DNA of 64,000 nt from Candidatus Multivorans sp. (GCA_965224025.1 OZ245033.1:4960001-5024000); one strand, 5' to 3'. Shown: positions 1 to 11,438, counted from the first letter of the stretch. Program-made: numbers and translations. The notes: generated by a model not told the origin, from the sequence alone.

Positions 1-332
1 CGTTCATCGGCGTTTCGATCCTGACCGGACGCACGCTGCAGGGCCTGGGCCGTGGTTCCCCGGAACTCTGGCTGTCCCTGCTGCGGGTCATCCTGATCAG
101 CGCGCCGCTTGCCTGGGCGGTGACCTTCTGGCTGCGCCTACCCGTCCAGTGGGTCTGGTACTCGTCGCTGGCGGGCACCGTCATCTCGGCTTCCGTTGCA
201 CTCCTGTGGCTGACCCTCGGTTTGCGCACGGCGATCCGCACCATCGGTGAAGGCGCACCGCTTCCAGTCGACCAGGCCCGCGGCAGCGATCTACGGGTCG
301 AGGCCGCGGCCGAGGCCGCGGAGCCGGCATGA
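1..332 (+). CDS. MATE-family efflux transporter, C-terminal part (5' end outside window)
   Basis: Frame open from nt 3: FIGVSILTGRTLQGLGRGSPELWLSLLRVILISAPLAWAVTFW...VWYSSLAG; hydrophobic helices with an LQGLG motif typical of MATE C-termini. Confidence 0.6.
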   Translation, partial: FIGVSILTGRTLQGLGRGSPELWLSLLRVILISAPLAWAVTFWLRLPVQWVWYSSLAGTVISASVALLWLTLGLRTAIRTIGEGAPLPVDQARGSDLRVEAAAEAAEPA

Positions 333-961
333 GCCGTTCGGCATCCGGCGCCGCCGTCATCCTGTGCGCGGCCCTGGCCACGGCACCCGTCGGCGGCCTG
401 CAATGCCCCCGGCCGATGCCCCACGCCCTGTTCCCTCAGGACATCTACGTGCTGCGCGGTTTCGTGACCGAGGTGGCCGCTCTGCCGGCGGAAGACGACG
501 GCGCCTACCAACTCGAGGTCCAGGTCGAAGGCTCGGTCCATCTGCCCACGCCCCGGTCGCGCTACGTGGTCACCGTCGAGGTCACCGAGGAGGACTGCTC
601 GGTGCGGCCGATGACCGCGCCGGAAATGCGCGACCGCTTTGCCGTCGCAGACGAGGTGAAGATCGTGGCCCATGCCGTGCCCGGTTCGCATCGATCTCTC
701 GTCGCGCCCTTCGAACGGGTGGCCCTGGTCATGGCCGAAGCCGGTGAGAGCGACTACATCAAGAACGAATTCGACTACTACGACGCACTGCTCGAGTTGG
801 ACGCTCGCTTCCACGACCACGACAAGTTCTCCCTGCTCTCCCAGATGGGCCGCTACCTGGACCGCCGGGACGACTTCGAGCGCCTGCTCGAGGAACAAAT
901 CCAGCAGCGTCGTCTCAGACGCCAGTTGCTCGATCTCTACGACGTGCTGAGAGAACGGTAG
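329..961 (+). CDS. hypothetical secreted protein
   Basis: 210 aa ORF with ATGA overlap to the upstream gene and a signal-peptide-like N-terminus. Confidence 0.65.
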   Translation: MSRSASGAAVILCAALATAPVGGLQCPRPMPHALFPQDIYVLRGFVTEVAALPAEDDGAYQLEVQVEGSVHLPTPRSRYVVTVEVTEEDCSVRPMTAPEMRDRFAVADEVKIVAHAVPGSHRSLVAPFERVALVMAEAGESDYIKNEFDYYDALLELDARFHDHDKFSLLSQMGRYLDRRDDFERLLEEQIQQRRLRRQLLDLYDVLRER

Positions 962-978
962 CTATCGAAAGCCGGCCT

Positions 979-1473
979 CTAGCGAGCGGTTGCATCGCGC
1001 TCCATCACCAGAAAGTGGCACGGGCGAAGCGGCCTTCTCGTTGGCGGCGGATTCACCGCTTCGAACGGTTCGGTGCGCACCAGCCGGTATCCCATCCGTC
1101 CGTACCAGTCGGAGAGCTCGGGCCGCGTGCTGAGCACCCAGAGCTGGAAGACGCCGCATCCGGCTTCACGCAGCCAACTCTCGGCCGCTGCCATCAGATC
1201 GCGGCCCAACCCGATGCTCTGCCGCGCCGTCGCCACCGAGACCAGACCCAGATAGCCGGTCTCGCCGCGGCGCTCGACGTACACGCAGCCGTCCAGACCG
1301 CCTCGCTCCGCATCGCAGACGAGGAAAGCTCCACGCTCGAGCCGGTTCCTGACCTCCGGAATCCCGATCCGGTCGCCGGTGAGCATGTCCGCCTCGATCT
1401 GAAAAGCGTCGTTGACGAGGACGACGAGGGCTTCCGCGTCGTCGGGCGTCGCATTGCGGCAGGTGAAGGGCAT
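979..1473 (-). CDS. GNAT-family N-acetyltransferase
   Basis: Acetyl-CoA-binding motif LVSVATARQSIGLGRDLM and C-terminal WYGRMGY. Confidence 0.85.
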   Translation of the reverse strand: MPFTCRNATPDDAEALVVLVNDAFQIEADMLTGDRIGIPEVRNRLERGAFLVCDAERGGLDGCVYVERRGETGYLGLVSVATARQSIGLGRDLMAAAESWLREAGCGVFQLWVLSTRPELSDWYGRMGYRLVRTEPFEAVNPPPTRRPLRPCHFLVMERDATAR

Positions 1474-1578
1474 GAAGAAGGGTTACAAGCTCGGTCGAAC
1501 GAGCCCGCCACAGGAAGCGGCGAATCTTAGCGCCGCCCCTGTATCCTCGCGTTCTTCCTCAACCTACGGGGTCAGTCC

Positions 1579-4500
1579 ATGCCGCAACTCGAACGGGTCC
1601 TGATCAGCAACCGCGGCGAGATCGCCATCCGCATCGTCAAGGCCGCCTCGGCGCTCGGCATGGAATCGGTGGGCGTCTATCCGGCCGCGGACTCGCTGTC
1701 GCTTCACACCCGCCTCGCGACATCGGCCGTCGAGATCGGAAACGGCGTTGCCGATGATCCCGTTGCCGCCTATCTCGACGCCGAGGCGCTCGTGGCGGCG
1801 GCGCGTGGGAGCGGCTGCGACTGCGTCCACCCCGGATACGGCTTCCTGGCGGAAAGCGCCGCGTTCGCGCAGCAGTGCGCCGAGGCCGGTCTCGTCTTCG
1901 TGGGACCGCCCCCGGCCGCGCTCTCGCTGTTCGGCGACAAGGTACGCTCCCGCCGGCTCGCGGCTTCCTTCGACATTCCCGTGGTTCCCGGCAGTGACGA
2001 CCCGATTCCGTCCGCCTCCGACGCGGCGGACCTTGCCGCGTTGCTCGGCTATCCCGTGATGCTCAAGGCGGCCGCCGGCGGCGGCGGTCGCGGCATGCGC
2101 AGGGTCGCGTCCGCCAGCGCGATGGCCGAGGCGTTCGCCCGCTGCCGGAGCGAGGCGAAGGCCGCTTTCGGCAGCGGCGCCGTGTTCGTCGAGAAGCTGA
2201 TCGAACGGCCGCGCCACATCGAAGTCCAGGTGCTCGCCGATGGGGACGGCAACGTCGTCCACCTGCACGAGCGGGACTGCTCCGTCCAGTTGCGCAACCA
2301 GAAGGTCATCGAGACGGCGCCGGCGCCCGCGCTGGACGGCACGCTGCGGGACCGCATCCTCGCCGACGCGGTCAAGCTGGTTGCGGCAGCGGGCTACGCC
2401 AACGCAGGCACGGTGGAGTTCCTTGTCGTCCCCGAGACGGGCGAGCACTTCTTCATCGAGTGCAACGCGCGCATTCAGGTCGAACATACGGTCACCGAGC
2501 AGGTCACCTGCATCGACCTCGTCGAGGCGCAGTTCCGGATCGCCGCCGGCGCCACGCTTGCCTCGCTCGGCCTCGGCGACCAGGGCGCGATCGGTGCACC
2601 GCGCGGCACCGCCGTCCAGGCCCGGGTGGTCGCGCGCGGCGCCGGAACGCTGAGCGCCTACAAGGAGCCCACCGGCCCCGGCGTACGCGTCGACGGCTGC
2701 GGCTACGTCGGCTATGCGCCGCCGCCCCAGTTCGACCCGCTGCTCGCCAAGGTCACGGCTTCGAGTTCCTCGTCGTTCGGTTCCGGTGACGCCTCCCACG
2801 TCGCCGCGGTCGACCGCCTTCTCAGAGCACTGGACGAGTTCCACATCGGCGGTCTCGCCACCAACCTGGATCAACTGAAGGCGATCCTGGCCCACCCCAC
2901 CGTCCGCGCCGGCGAAGCGCGGACGACACTTCTCGCTGAACAGCCGAAGCTGCTCTCTCCCGCCGCCGATGCCGGCGGCAACGGCGCCCTCACGCTGCTG
3001 CGGCGGCAGGCGACGGTGATGGGCGTCTCCGTGGCGGGCGGCGCCGGCGCCCCGATCGCGGCGACGTCGGCAGCGGCCGAACTGGCCGTTCAGCCCGGCC
3101 AGCACGCCGTCGCCTGCCCCATGGCCGGATCCATCCTGGAGGTCCGGGTCGCCGAAGGCGACCGCGTCGCCGCGGGCGAAGCCCTGCTCGTCGTCAGCGC
3201 GATGAAGATGGAGTCCCAGGTTGCCGCGCCGCTCTCCGGCACGGTGGCGGCGCTCCAGCCGCTCACCGCCGGCGACACGGTGGAGGCGGACCAGGTCGTC
3301 GCGGTCATCGCGCCGGCAAAGGGGGCAACAGGCGACACGCAACCGGAACGGCGAGACGACACCTGGACCCCGCTGCTCGAGGACGTCGGCACCATGCAGG
3401 CGCTTGCGGCTGGCGCCCGGCTCCGACGAGCGCGGCGTCGTGCGCCAGCGCAGCTGCGGCAAGTTGACCTGCCGCGAACGCATCGACCTTCTGCTCGACG
3501 ACGGCAGCTTCCACGAGATCGGCAGCATCGCGGGTTTTGCCTCGTACGACGAGAGCGGAGCGATCGTCGACTTCACGCCCGCCAACCACGTCGGCGGCTG
3601 GGGCAGGATCGAGGGGCGCACCGCCGTCGTCTGCGCCGACGACTTCACTTCCCGGGGCGGCCACGCGGACGGCGCGATCGGGGAGAAGAGCCGCCATCTC
3701 GACAAGCTGGCTCTGGAGATGCGGGTGCCGTCGGTCCGCCTGCTGGACGGCTCGTCCGGCGGCGGCAGCGTCGCGGCGATGGTGCCTCAGCAGAAGAAGG
3801 AGGGCGAGAGCAAGGCCAAGGAGAGCCACGGGGCGATCAAGGCCGGCCGCCCCCGGGTCGCGGGCGCGGGCGGGTCCTTCCTGCCCAGCCACCTCGGCAG
3901 CACGATGTACACCGAGCAACTGAGCACGGTGCCGGTCGTCAACCTGCTCCTCGGAAGCGTCGTCGGCATCGGCGCCGCCAAGGCCGTACTGGGCCACTTC
4001 TCGGTCATGGCGCGCGACATCGCGCAGTTGTTCGTCGCCGGACCGCCGGTCGTCCGTCCCGCGATGGGCTACGACATCACGAAGGAAGACCTCGGCGGCT
4101 GGCACATCCATTGCCGCAATGGCTCGGTGGACAACCTGGCCGAAACGGAAGAGGAGGCGATGGCCCTCACCCGGCGCTTCCTGTCCTACCTGCCCGCCTC
4201 CGTGTACGAGACGCCGCCGGTCTCGACGCCGGACCCGAACGACCCGGCCGACCGCCGCGACGAGGAACTGCTCGGTCTGATTCCCCGCAAGCGCACCGCG
4301 ACTTTCGACGCACGCCGGGCAATCCGCCTGATGGTGGACAGGGACTCCTTCTTCGAGATCGGCCCGCTCTGGGGCACCGACCAGGTCACCGGCTTCGTGC
4401 GCATGAACGGCCACCCGATGGGCGTCGTCGCTTCCGACAGCCAGCACGCGAACGGCGGCGCCCTCACCGCCGACGGCTGCCGCAAGCTCACCCGCCATCT

Positions 4501-5014
4501 CGACGTCTGCGACCTCTTCCACCTGCCGGTCCTGAACCTGGTGGACAACCCCGGCTTCGCCGTCGGTCTCGAACACGAGATCACCGGCACCATCCGCTGG
4601 GGCGGCCAGTGGATGATCGCCTTCTCCCAGGTCACCACGCCGATCTTCACCGTCATCATGCGCCGCAGCTTCGGCGTCGCCGGCAACAACTACGCCACGC
4701 CCAGAGCCGAGCCGTCGATGCGCGTCGCCTGGCCCGCCGCCGACACCGGCGGCATCCCGCCCGAAGGCGGCATCGAAGCCGCCTACAAGCGCCAGTTGGC
4801 CGAAGCCGAAGACCCGAAAGCCCTCCGAGAGGAGCTGATGGCGAGGATCGAAAGCGCCCGCGGCCCCGTCGGCCCCCTGTCCCGCTTCCAGATCGAAGAG
4901 ATGATCGACCCGCGTGACACACGCAAGATGATCTGCGAGTGGCTCGAGATGGCGTGGAAGGTCGTTTCGCAGCCGGCGCGGCTGAAGGCGCGGCCGATCC
5001 AGTTCCGGCCGTGA
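1579..5014 (+). pseudogene. fused acyl-CoA carboxylase (biotin carboxylase-BCCP-carboxyltransferase), frameshifted near 3405-3412
   Basis: One frame has NRGEIA, HPGYGFLAE, GGGGRGMR, RDCSVQ, ECNARIQVEH and the biotin site AMKM; the carboxyltransferase (GKLTCRERIDLLLD, VDNPGF, IDPRDTR) continues in the frame of ORF 3221..5014. Confidence 0.85.
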
Positions 5015-5027
5015 GGCCGGAACCACA

Positions 5028-5660
5028 TCACGAGAAGGCGCGAGGCCTGAAGTCGGGTTCGTTCGTGATGGTGGCACTGTTGCCGGTGGCGCGGATCACG
5101 AACAGGCCCTGCCGCTCGGCGTGGACGCACACGGCGGCGTCCGCCTTGAGGTAGGCCACGGCGCCAAAGATCGTGTGCCGCCGGTACTCCGGGCACCATT
5201 CCCGGAACTGGCCGAGCTTGGCCAAGAAGCGCTTCACGCTCTTCTGCCTAAGCGTCGTTTTGACCTCCACCACCACGACCTCGACACCATTGGCGGCGAC
5301 GATGTCGACCTCGAAGTGCTCCCCGTTGCACCGGCCGGTCATGTTCTGGAGCGTCCGTTCCACAGCGATGCCGCGCTCCTTCAGCAGGGGTACGAGATCG
5401 CCCTCGACCAGGCTCTCCAGGAACCTGCCCCACCTGGAAGTGAACAGGTTCTCCGCCTTCCTGAGGCGCCGGTCCGTCTCCAGCATCTGCCGGGCGGTCT
5501 CCTGCATCTGCCGGGCGGTGGCCTCCTGTCGCTCCCTGAACTCCTTCATGTCCTCGCCAAATCCGGCCGAGAGCCGGGATGCGAGTGCCAGGTTGGCCTC
5601 GATCCGGTCGAGGGCGGTCGACGCCGTTCTGTCACTGCTCGAGTTCGTCTGCTCAGTCAT
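5028..5660 (-). CDS. coiled-coil protein with C-terminal PD-(D/E)XK nuclease-like domain
   Basis: Heptad repeats (ARQMQET-ARQMLET) followed by WGRFLESLV, EVDIVA and VEVKTTL. Confidence 0.75.
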   Translation of the reverse strand: MTEQTNSSSDRTASTALDRIEANLALASRLSAGFGEDMKEFRERQEATARQMQETARQMLETDRRLRKAENLFTSRWGRFLESLVEGDLVPLLKERGIAVERTLQNMTGRCNGEHFEVDIVAANGVEVVVVEVKTTLRQKSVKRFLAKLGQFREWCPEYRRHTIFGAVAYLKADAAVCVHAERQGLFVIRATGNSATITNEPDFRPRAFS

Positions 5661-5833
5661 TCTTGCCTACCTCGTTTCACGGCATCGGGGGTGCCGGGGG
5701 CGCGGGCGTCGGCAGGGGGCGGTCCAGCCGAGGAGAAGCTCTGCAGCGAACCGCAAGTCCGACTCTACCAACCTGGGGCCCGTGAGGAGCACCATGGCGT
5801 CGTGGGCGAACACGCCCGTGCACAGCTCCAGGA

Positions 5834-6055
5834 CTAGCCGAGGGCCTCGGGATTCCGGAACTTCAAGTGCTCCACAAGACCGTCGAAGAACTGGTCAAAG
5901 TCCGACGGATCAGACCGCAACGCCGGCCCATCCGTGAAGTCGACTTCGGCGAGAACGTATCCCTCGAACGTACAGGTGGCCCAAGCCGGCTCTATCGCCT
6001 CTTCAACCGTGACGGTCAAGGGGTCGGCCCGGTCGCTCGGGGTCCACCGAACCAC
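5834..6055 (-). pseudogene. short ORF downstream of the MTase, possibly a restriction endonuclease C-terminal remnant
   Basis: 73 aa protein-like ORF in the position expected for a cognate REase; no catalytic motif recognised. Confidence 0.25.
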
Positions 6056-6988
6056 CGGTACCGGGGCGAGGCACGACCTCGACGCGGCTGAACATGTGGG
6101 CCGCCTGATGCGACATTCGTGCCACGCAGGCCTCGAAGTACTCCGTCTCGACCTCGACGCCGACGCTGTTCCGGCCCCACTTCGCCGCCGCCGACTGCGT
6201 GGTGGCCGTGCCCATGAAGGGATCGAAGACCGTGTCGCCCGCGAAGCTGAACATGCGGATCAGCCGCTCGGCGATCTCCAGCGGGTAAGGGGCTGGATGA
6301 TGCCGTGTGGAGGCCCCTCCGACTCCCTCCCAGACTTGGCGGAACCACTTGTGGTGGAGGTCGGCCGGGATCAAGCTGAGCACCTTGGCCGCCGGTGTGG
6401 GCCGGCGATAGCCGCCCGGCTTGCGCTGCATGAGGATGAACTCGATGTCGTCGTAGGCCGCATTGGCGATCTTGTGCCAGATGATCGGCGCCAGGTTGTC
6501 GAAGCCGATGCGCCGGCAACGCTCCTGGATCGAGGCATGCAGCGGTACCACGGCGTGACGCCCGTGGCGCCGCCGCGAGAGGCAGACATCGCCCACCACG
6601 CAGACCAGCCTGCCGCCAGGCGCCAGCGCGTCGTAGCAGCGTTTCCAGACCAGGTCGAGCTGGTCCAGGAAGTCCTCGTAGTCCTCGACCCAGCCCAACT
6701 GTCCGTCAGCGACCGGGTACTCCTTCAGAGTCCAGTAGGGCGGCGACGTGACCACGAGGTGGATGGACTCCGGCGCCAGCGGCGGCGTGGCGCGGGAGTC
6801 GCCCAGGAACAGCTCGTGCCCGTGGGCACTTCGCCGAGCAACGCCTCGATCCGGGCCGTGGCGCTCGGATCCCTGGCGAGTTTCGGCAGATCGCGGCGCG
6901 GATTCGCGAAGGACCGCCAACGCCGCGGCACCAGTTCGAGCAGCGGGTCGGCAGGGTTCCGCGCCGCCTCTGCCGATACCGAACTCAT
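6003..6988 (-). pseudogene. beta-class N4-C/N6-A DNA methyltransferase, frameshifted near 6820
   Basis: Motif IV TSPPY precedes motif I DPFMGTATT; HPAPYP present. The N-terminus MSSVSAEAARNP...LLGEVPT (ATG 6988) is in a different frame from GHELFLGDSR. Confidence 0.85.
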
Positions 6989-7101
6989 GCCGGGGACAGT
7001 ACCACCGCCGCAGCCCCGAAGCGGCTCGCCCGAGGACTCAGGCCGGAGCCGATTCAACTCCGACTCGAACGCGGCCGGAGCAGCCGGAGGGCGGCGCAGA
7101 A

Positions 7102-7130
7102 TTGACACGAATCTCGTGTTTCACTATTTT
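7102..7130 (+). promoter_or_regulatory. sigma70-type promoter with palindromic operator for vapBC
   Basis: TTGACA (7102-7107), 17-nt spacer, TATTTT (7125-7130); inverted repeat ACACGA-ATC-TCGTGT (7105-7119); ATG 6 nt after the -10 box. Confidence 0.7.
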
Positions 7131-7136
7131 CTCGTC

Positions 7137-7385
7137 ATGAAGAACATCACCATCACGTTGCCGGAGGACATCGCCCGATGGGTTCGCGTCCGGGCGGCGA
7201 AGAACGAGTTGAGCGTCTCTAGGTGGCTGGCACAGATCATCGAAAGCCAGAGGCACCGGGAAGACAAGTACGAGGTCGCCATGGAGCGGTTCCTGGAGCG
7301 AGCTCGCCAGCCACGCACCTTCGACTGGGTCGACGGTCGCAAACCGACCCGAGAGGAAGTGCATGACCGCGCCGGTCTTCGTTGA
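7137..7385 (+). CDS. vapB: ribbon-helix-helix antitoxin (VapB-like)
   Basis: 82 aa, MKNITITLPEDIARWVRVRAAKNELSVSRWL...PTREEVHDR; overlaps the PIN gene start. Confidence 0.85.
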   Translation: MKNITITLPEDIARWVRVRAAKNELSVSRWLAQIIESQRHREDKYEVAMERFLERARQPRTFDWVDGRKPTREEVHDRAGLR

Positions 7386-7826
7386 CACGAACGTCCTCGT
7401 GTACCTGCACACCGATTCCGATCCGGCGAAGCGGAAACGAGCCGACGCGTGGGTCGACTTCCTGATACGACGCCGTGCCGGCAGGCTGAGCACCAGGTTC
7501 TCCAGGAGCTCTACGCGGTGCTGACCCGCAAGGTGCGACCTCCCCTGGAACTGGAGCTGGCGCGCTCCATCGTCCGGGATCTCGGTTCGTGGAAGCCCTT
7601 GTCGCTCGAACCAGCCGTACTGGAGCGCGCGTGGAACCTGGAGAGTCGCTATTCACTCTCCTGGTGGGACTCTCTGATCGTTGCGGCGGCCCAAGCAAGC
7701 CGATGCGGCGTACTCCTGACCGAGGACCTTCAGAACGGGCAGCAGTTCGGCAGCCTGCGAGTCGTCGACCCGTTCTCCAGAGAAGCGCTGGATCCGCGAA
7801 GCGTGCTCGAGTCACGGGTGCACTGA
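7363..7826 (+). pseudogene. vapC: PIN-domain VapC toxin, frameshifted near 7493
   Basis: MTAPVFVDTNVLVY in one frame; QVLQELY, SWWDSLIVAAA and LLTEDLQ in another. Adding one C restores LSTQVLQE. Confidence 0.85.
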
Positions 7827-7967
7827 TCTGGCGGCCGCTGGCCCGAATGCACCGCCGAAACCGCGCAGTCCCGCGCGCCTCGCCAGCTAGTAGCATCCCG
7901 CCTCGCTCGAAGCGGCCCCGAACGGCGAAACCGCGAACCACGACGACTTCAAAAGCACAGACGGCGC

Positions 7968-10234
7968 ATGCCAGGAGCGGTGATGGCGAGCAGAGACGAT
8001 ACGAATGGACCGCAAAGCCCCGCCGACAAGGCGTGGGACACACGAAGAGCGGAAGATCCGGACTCCGGAACGAAGGCGGCGAACAAGGCATGGTCGACTC
8101 GTCGGTGGAATGCCTACGTCAAGAAGGTCCGGCCCTACGTCGAGAGCGGACAACTTGACAGCGAGGAAGTCGAGTACAAGCTGAGGATCGGGGACGCTCT
8201 CAAGCAAGCCCGAAAGGCGGCCTTGGCGAACCGAAGCGATTGGCCGGACCTCGTGAAGGCTGCCACGCAAGGCAAGTACCACCCGATGGCCTGGCGCGAT
8301 GCCAGCAAGCTGCGCCAGTGGATCGACGACGAGCCCGACGCCGCGTTCAAGGCCCTTCGCGCTCTTTGGACCGAAGACGACCGATCGGCCGGCGAGCGCA
8401 TCCGCAGCTTCTCTGCTCTCTATCCCTGGGAGTCGAAGGGCGGGGAAGTACCGCCGGAGGGAGTGCGTCACCCCGAGTACGGCACCAATGGCAGAGGCAC
8501 GCGACTCAGGACGATCTCGGTTCTGCTGATGGCGCTCGACCCATCTACCTACCCACCGTTCATGCGATCCGTGTTCGATTCCGCGTACCGGCGCCTGGGC
8601 GTCGAAGTCCCGTCGGGGGAGACGGCCGAAGAGGCTCAGTATGAACACGCACTAGGCTTCCTCGACGAGTTGATCCGTCGCACGACTGAGCATGGCCTGA
8701 GGCGGCCGAGCACCCGGCTCGAAGCGCAATCCGTCGTCTGGGCAGTCAGGGACGACGACCAGCCACCAGACCGGCCACCCGTCCCCGAGTCCCGGCCATG
8801 CTGGTTCGTCGGCGCCTCCTTCGGCGAAGGGACGGAAGACCAGACCGCCCGGTTCATCAGCGAAGGCACCTGGGAGCACGGCGGAGCGAAGAGCGACCTG
8901 TTCCTGGATCAGTTGAAGTCGATCGAGCCCGGAGACCGCATCGCGATCAAGGCCACTTACTTGAAGAAGCGTGGGCTTCCGTTCGACAACCAGGGAGAAC
9001 TCACGTCCACCATGGCGATCAAGGCGCTGGGGGCAGTGACACACAACCCTGGAGATGGTCGCCGCCTTCTCGTGGATTGGGAGCGGGTCGACCCGCCTCG
9101 CGAGTGGTACTTCTTCACATTCATTCCCAGAGTCTGGAAGGTGTCACGGGAGACCGCGAACCTGCCGTGGGCGGCAGACGCCCTGATCGACTTCGCTTTC
9201 AACGGAACCGAGCAGGACTACGACCTCTTTCTTCGATACTGGTACCCGGACCGCTACGAGCGACCAGTACAGTTCACGCGACGGCTCGCGGACGCCGGCG
9301 TTGCTGAGCTCGCAGCCGAGCTTCTCTACGACGAAGCCAACCTGCAACTGATCACGGCACTCCTCGACGACAAGCGCCAAGTCATCTTCCAGGGGCCGCC
9401 CGGAACCGGTAAGACGTACGCCGCCCGCCAACTCGCCCGGTTTCTCGCCGGTTCCAACGACCGCGTCACCCTCGTCCAGTTCCACCCGTCATATGCGTAC
9501 GAGGACTTCGTTCAGGGCTACCGACCGACTCTGCAGGGCCGCCAAGCCGGTTTCACGCTCCGTGACGGCCCGTTGGTCACGGCGGCAGCCGCGGCCCGAG
9601 ACAAGCCGCACGCCCCACATTTCCTGATCATCGACGAAATCAACCGCGGCAACCTGGCCAAGCTGTTCGGCGAGTTGTATTTCCTGCTCGAGTACCGCGA
9701 CGAAGACATGACGCTCCAGTACGCCTCGGCCGAGGACGACGCGTTCAGTCTGCCCGAGAACCTCTACATCATCGGCACGATGAACACGGCCGATCGCTCG
9801 ATCGCCCTGGTCGACCTGGCGCTGCGTCGACGATTCCACTTCGTCGAGTTCCATCCCGACAAGGCGCCGGTCGAGGGATTGCTCGGCCGCTGGCTGGAAA
9901 GGAACGCGCCCGAGATGGCTTGGGTGGCCGACGTCATGAGGCGAGCGAACGGCAAGCTGAATGACCGGCAGGCAGCCATTGGACCGAGCTACTTCATGAA
10001 GGAGGATCTCGACGAGGAAAAGTTCGGCTGATCTGGGAGCACAACGTCCTGCCGTATGTGGAGGAGCACCTCTACGGCGAAACCGACCGGCTTTCCGAGT
10101 TCGACCTCGACAAGCTGCGGCGCGAAACGGAGTCCGCCGCTACTGCCGCCGCCTCTGACAGCCTCGAAGCAGCCGGAGACTCAGGCGTCGACGGCCAAGG
10201 ACTAGACGAAGAAGCCGACGATGCGGAATCTTGA
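7968..10234 (+). CDS. mcrB: McrB-like AAA+ GTPase; frameshift at A4 run 10018-10021 removes the C-terminal ~70 aa as sequenced
   Basis: GPPGTGKT, FHPSYAYEDF, IIDEINRGN, GTMNTADRS, LRRRF; the C-terminus VRLIWEHNVLPYVEEHLYG...DDAES* continues in another frame to 10234, overlapping mcrC. Confidence 0.9.
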
Positions 10235-11438
10235 TCTCCGGGAGTGGACGCCGACCGAAGCGCCGGTGCCACTCTCGGTCCGGGAACGCGACAAACTGAA
10301 ACCCCTCCTCGCGAGCATCGAACCCGCTCCCGGGACAAGCGACGCCTACTACCTCAGGCCTGGTTCCACGGTCGGCGCGCTCGAGATCGGCGATCTCTCG
10401 GTCTCCATCGAACCCAAGCTGCCCATCGGCCGCGTGCTCTACCTGGCGTCTTACGCGATGGGCGTCGATTTTCGGGAAGAACGTTTCGACTACGTGAGGC
10501 AACCGAGGCTTGTCGAGGTGCTCGTGCCGGCACTCACGCGGGCCGCGCGCCGGGCCTTCGCCCGAGGACTCCTCCACGGCTATCGCACGGAAGAAGAAGC
10601 GCTCCAAACCGTTCGCGGACGCATCCGCGTCGCCGATCAACTTCGCCGCAGGTTCGGCGTGCCTCTGCCAGTCGAGGTCCGCTACGACGACTTCACCGAC
10701 GACGTGCTCGCCAACCAACTCGTCAAGGCCGCAGCCCACCGCCTCGGCAAGCTCCGCATCCGCTCACCCCGTTCCCGACTGGATCTCGCCTGGGTCGCCG
10801 CGACGCTCGACAACGTGAGCCTGGTCGAGTTCCCGACGAAGGCCGTCCCGGAGGTCAAGTTCGACCGGCTGAACGAGCACTACCGGGAAGTCGTGACCCT
10901 GGCGCGGCTGATCCTCCGCCATGCGTCCATCGAGACCGGGCGCGGCCGGGTGCGGGCGAACGGCTTCCTGATGGACATGAACCTTGTGTTCCAGGAGTTC
11001 GTGACGCGGGCACTGCGCGAAGAGCTTGGCCTTTCCGAACGTACGTTCCGGTCCGACAGTCGACTGCCGCCAATCCACCTCGATACGGCCGACCAGATCC
11101 GGCTCAAGCCCGACCTCTCCTGGTGGAACGGCCCGACCTGCACCTTCGTCGGCGACGCGAAATACAAGCGGGTCAAGCACGCCCACGTGCCCAACGCCGA
11201 CCTCTACCAGCTCCTCGCCTACACGGCCGCCCTTGACCTAGCCGGCGGTCTCCTGATCTACGCGGAAGGCGAACCACGCGACGCCCGCCACGAGATCCGT
11301 CACCTCGGCAAGCAACTCGAGATCACCACGATGGACTTGTCGGGCACGATAGAGGATCTTCAACGCGAGATCGCCAGGCTGGCTGCGCGAGTCCGTGCCC
11401 TCAACCGTCGCGCTCTCGAGCTCCGCCCAGCCGCCTGA
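10221..11438 (+). CDS. mcrC: McrC-like restriction endonuclease subunit
   Basis: DMNLVFQEFV, LKPDL, DAKYK, DLYQLLAY; directly follows mcrB. Confidence 0.92.
   Translation: MRNLDLREWTPTEAPVPLSVRERDKLKPLLASIEPAPGTSDAYYLRPGSTVGALEIGDLSVSIEPKLPIGRVLYLASYAMGVDFREERFDYVRQPRLVEVLVPALTRAARRAFARGLLHGYRTEEEALQTVRGRIRVADQLRRRFGVPLPVEVRYDDFTDDVLANQLVKAAAHRLGKLRIRSPRSRLDLAWVAATLDNVSLVEFPTKAVPEVKFDRLNEHYREVVTLARLILRHASIETGRGRVRANGFLMDMNLVFQEFVTRALREELGLSERTFRSDSRLPPIHLDTADQIRLKPDLSWWNGPTCTFVGDAKYKRVKHAHVPNADLYQLLAYTAALDLAGGLLIYAEGEPRDARHEIRHLGKQLEITTMDLSGTIEDLQREIARLAARVRALNRRALELRPAA

Noticed and set aside
3410-4917. C-terminal half of the 1112-aa ORF 1579..4917 as real protein
   Set aside because: Arg/Pro-rich out-of-frame read-through after the frameshift; the carboxyltransferase is in the overlapping frame
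10018-10021. Programmed frameshift in mcrB
   Set aside because: The context GGAAAAG is not a clean in-phase X XXY YYZ heptamer and similar one-base losses affect neighbouring genes; error or mutation is more likely
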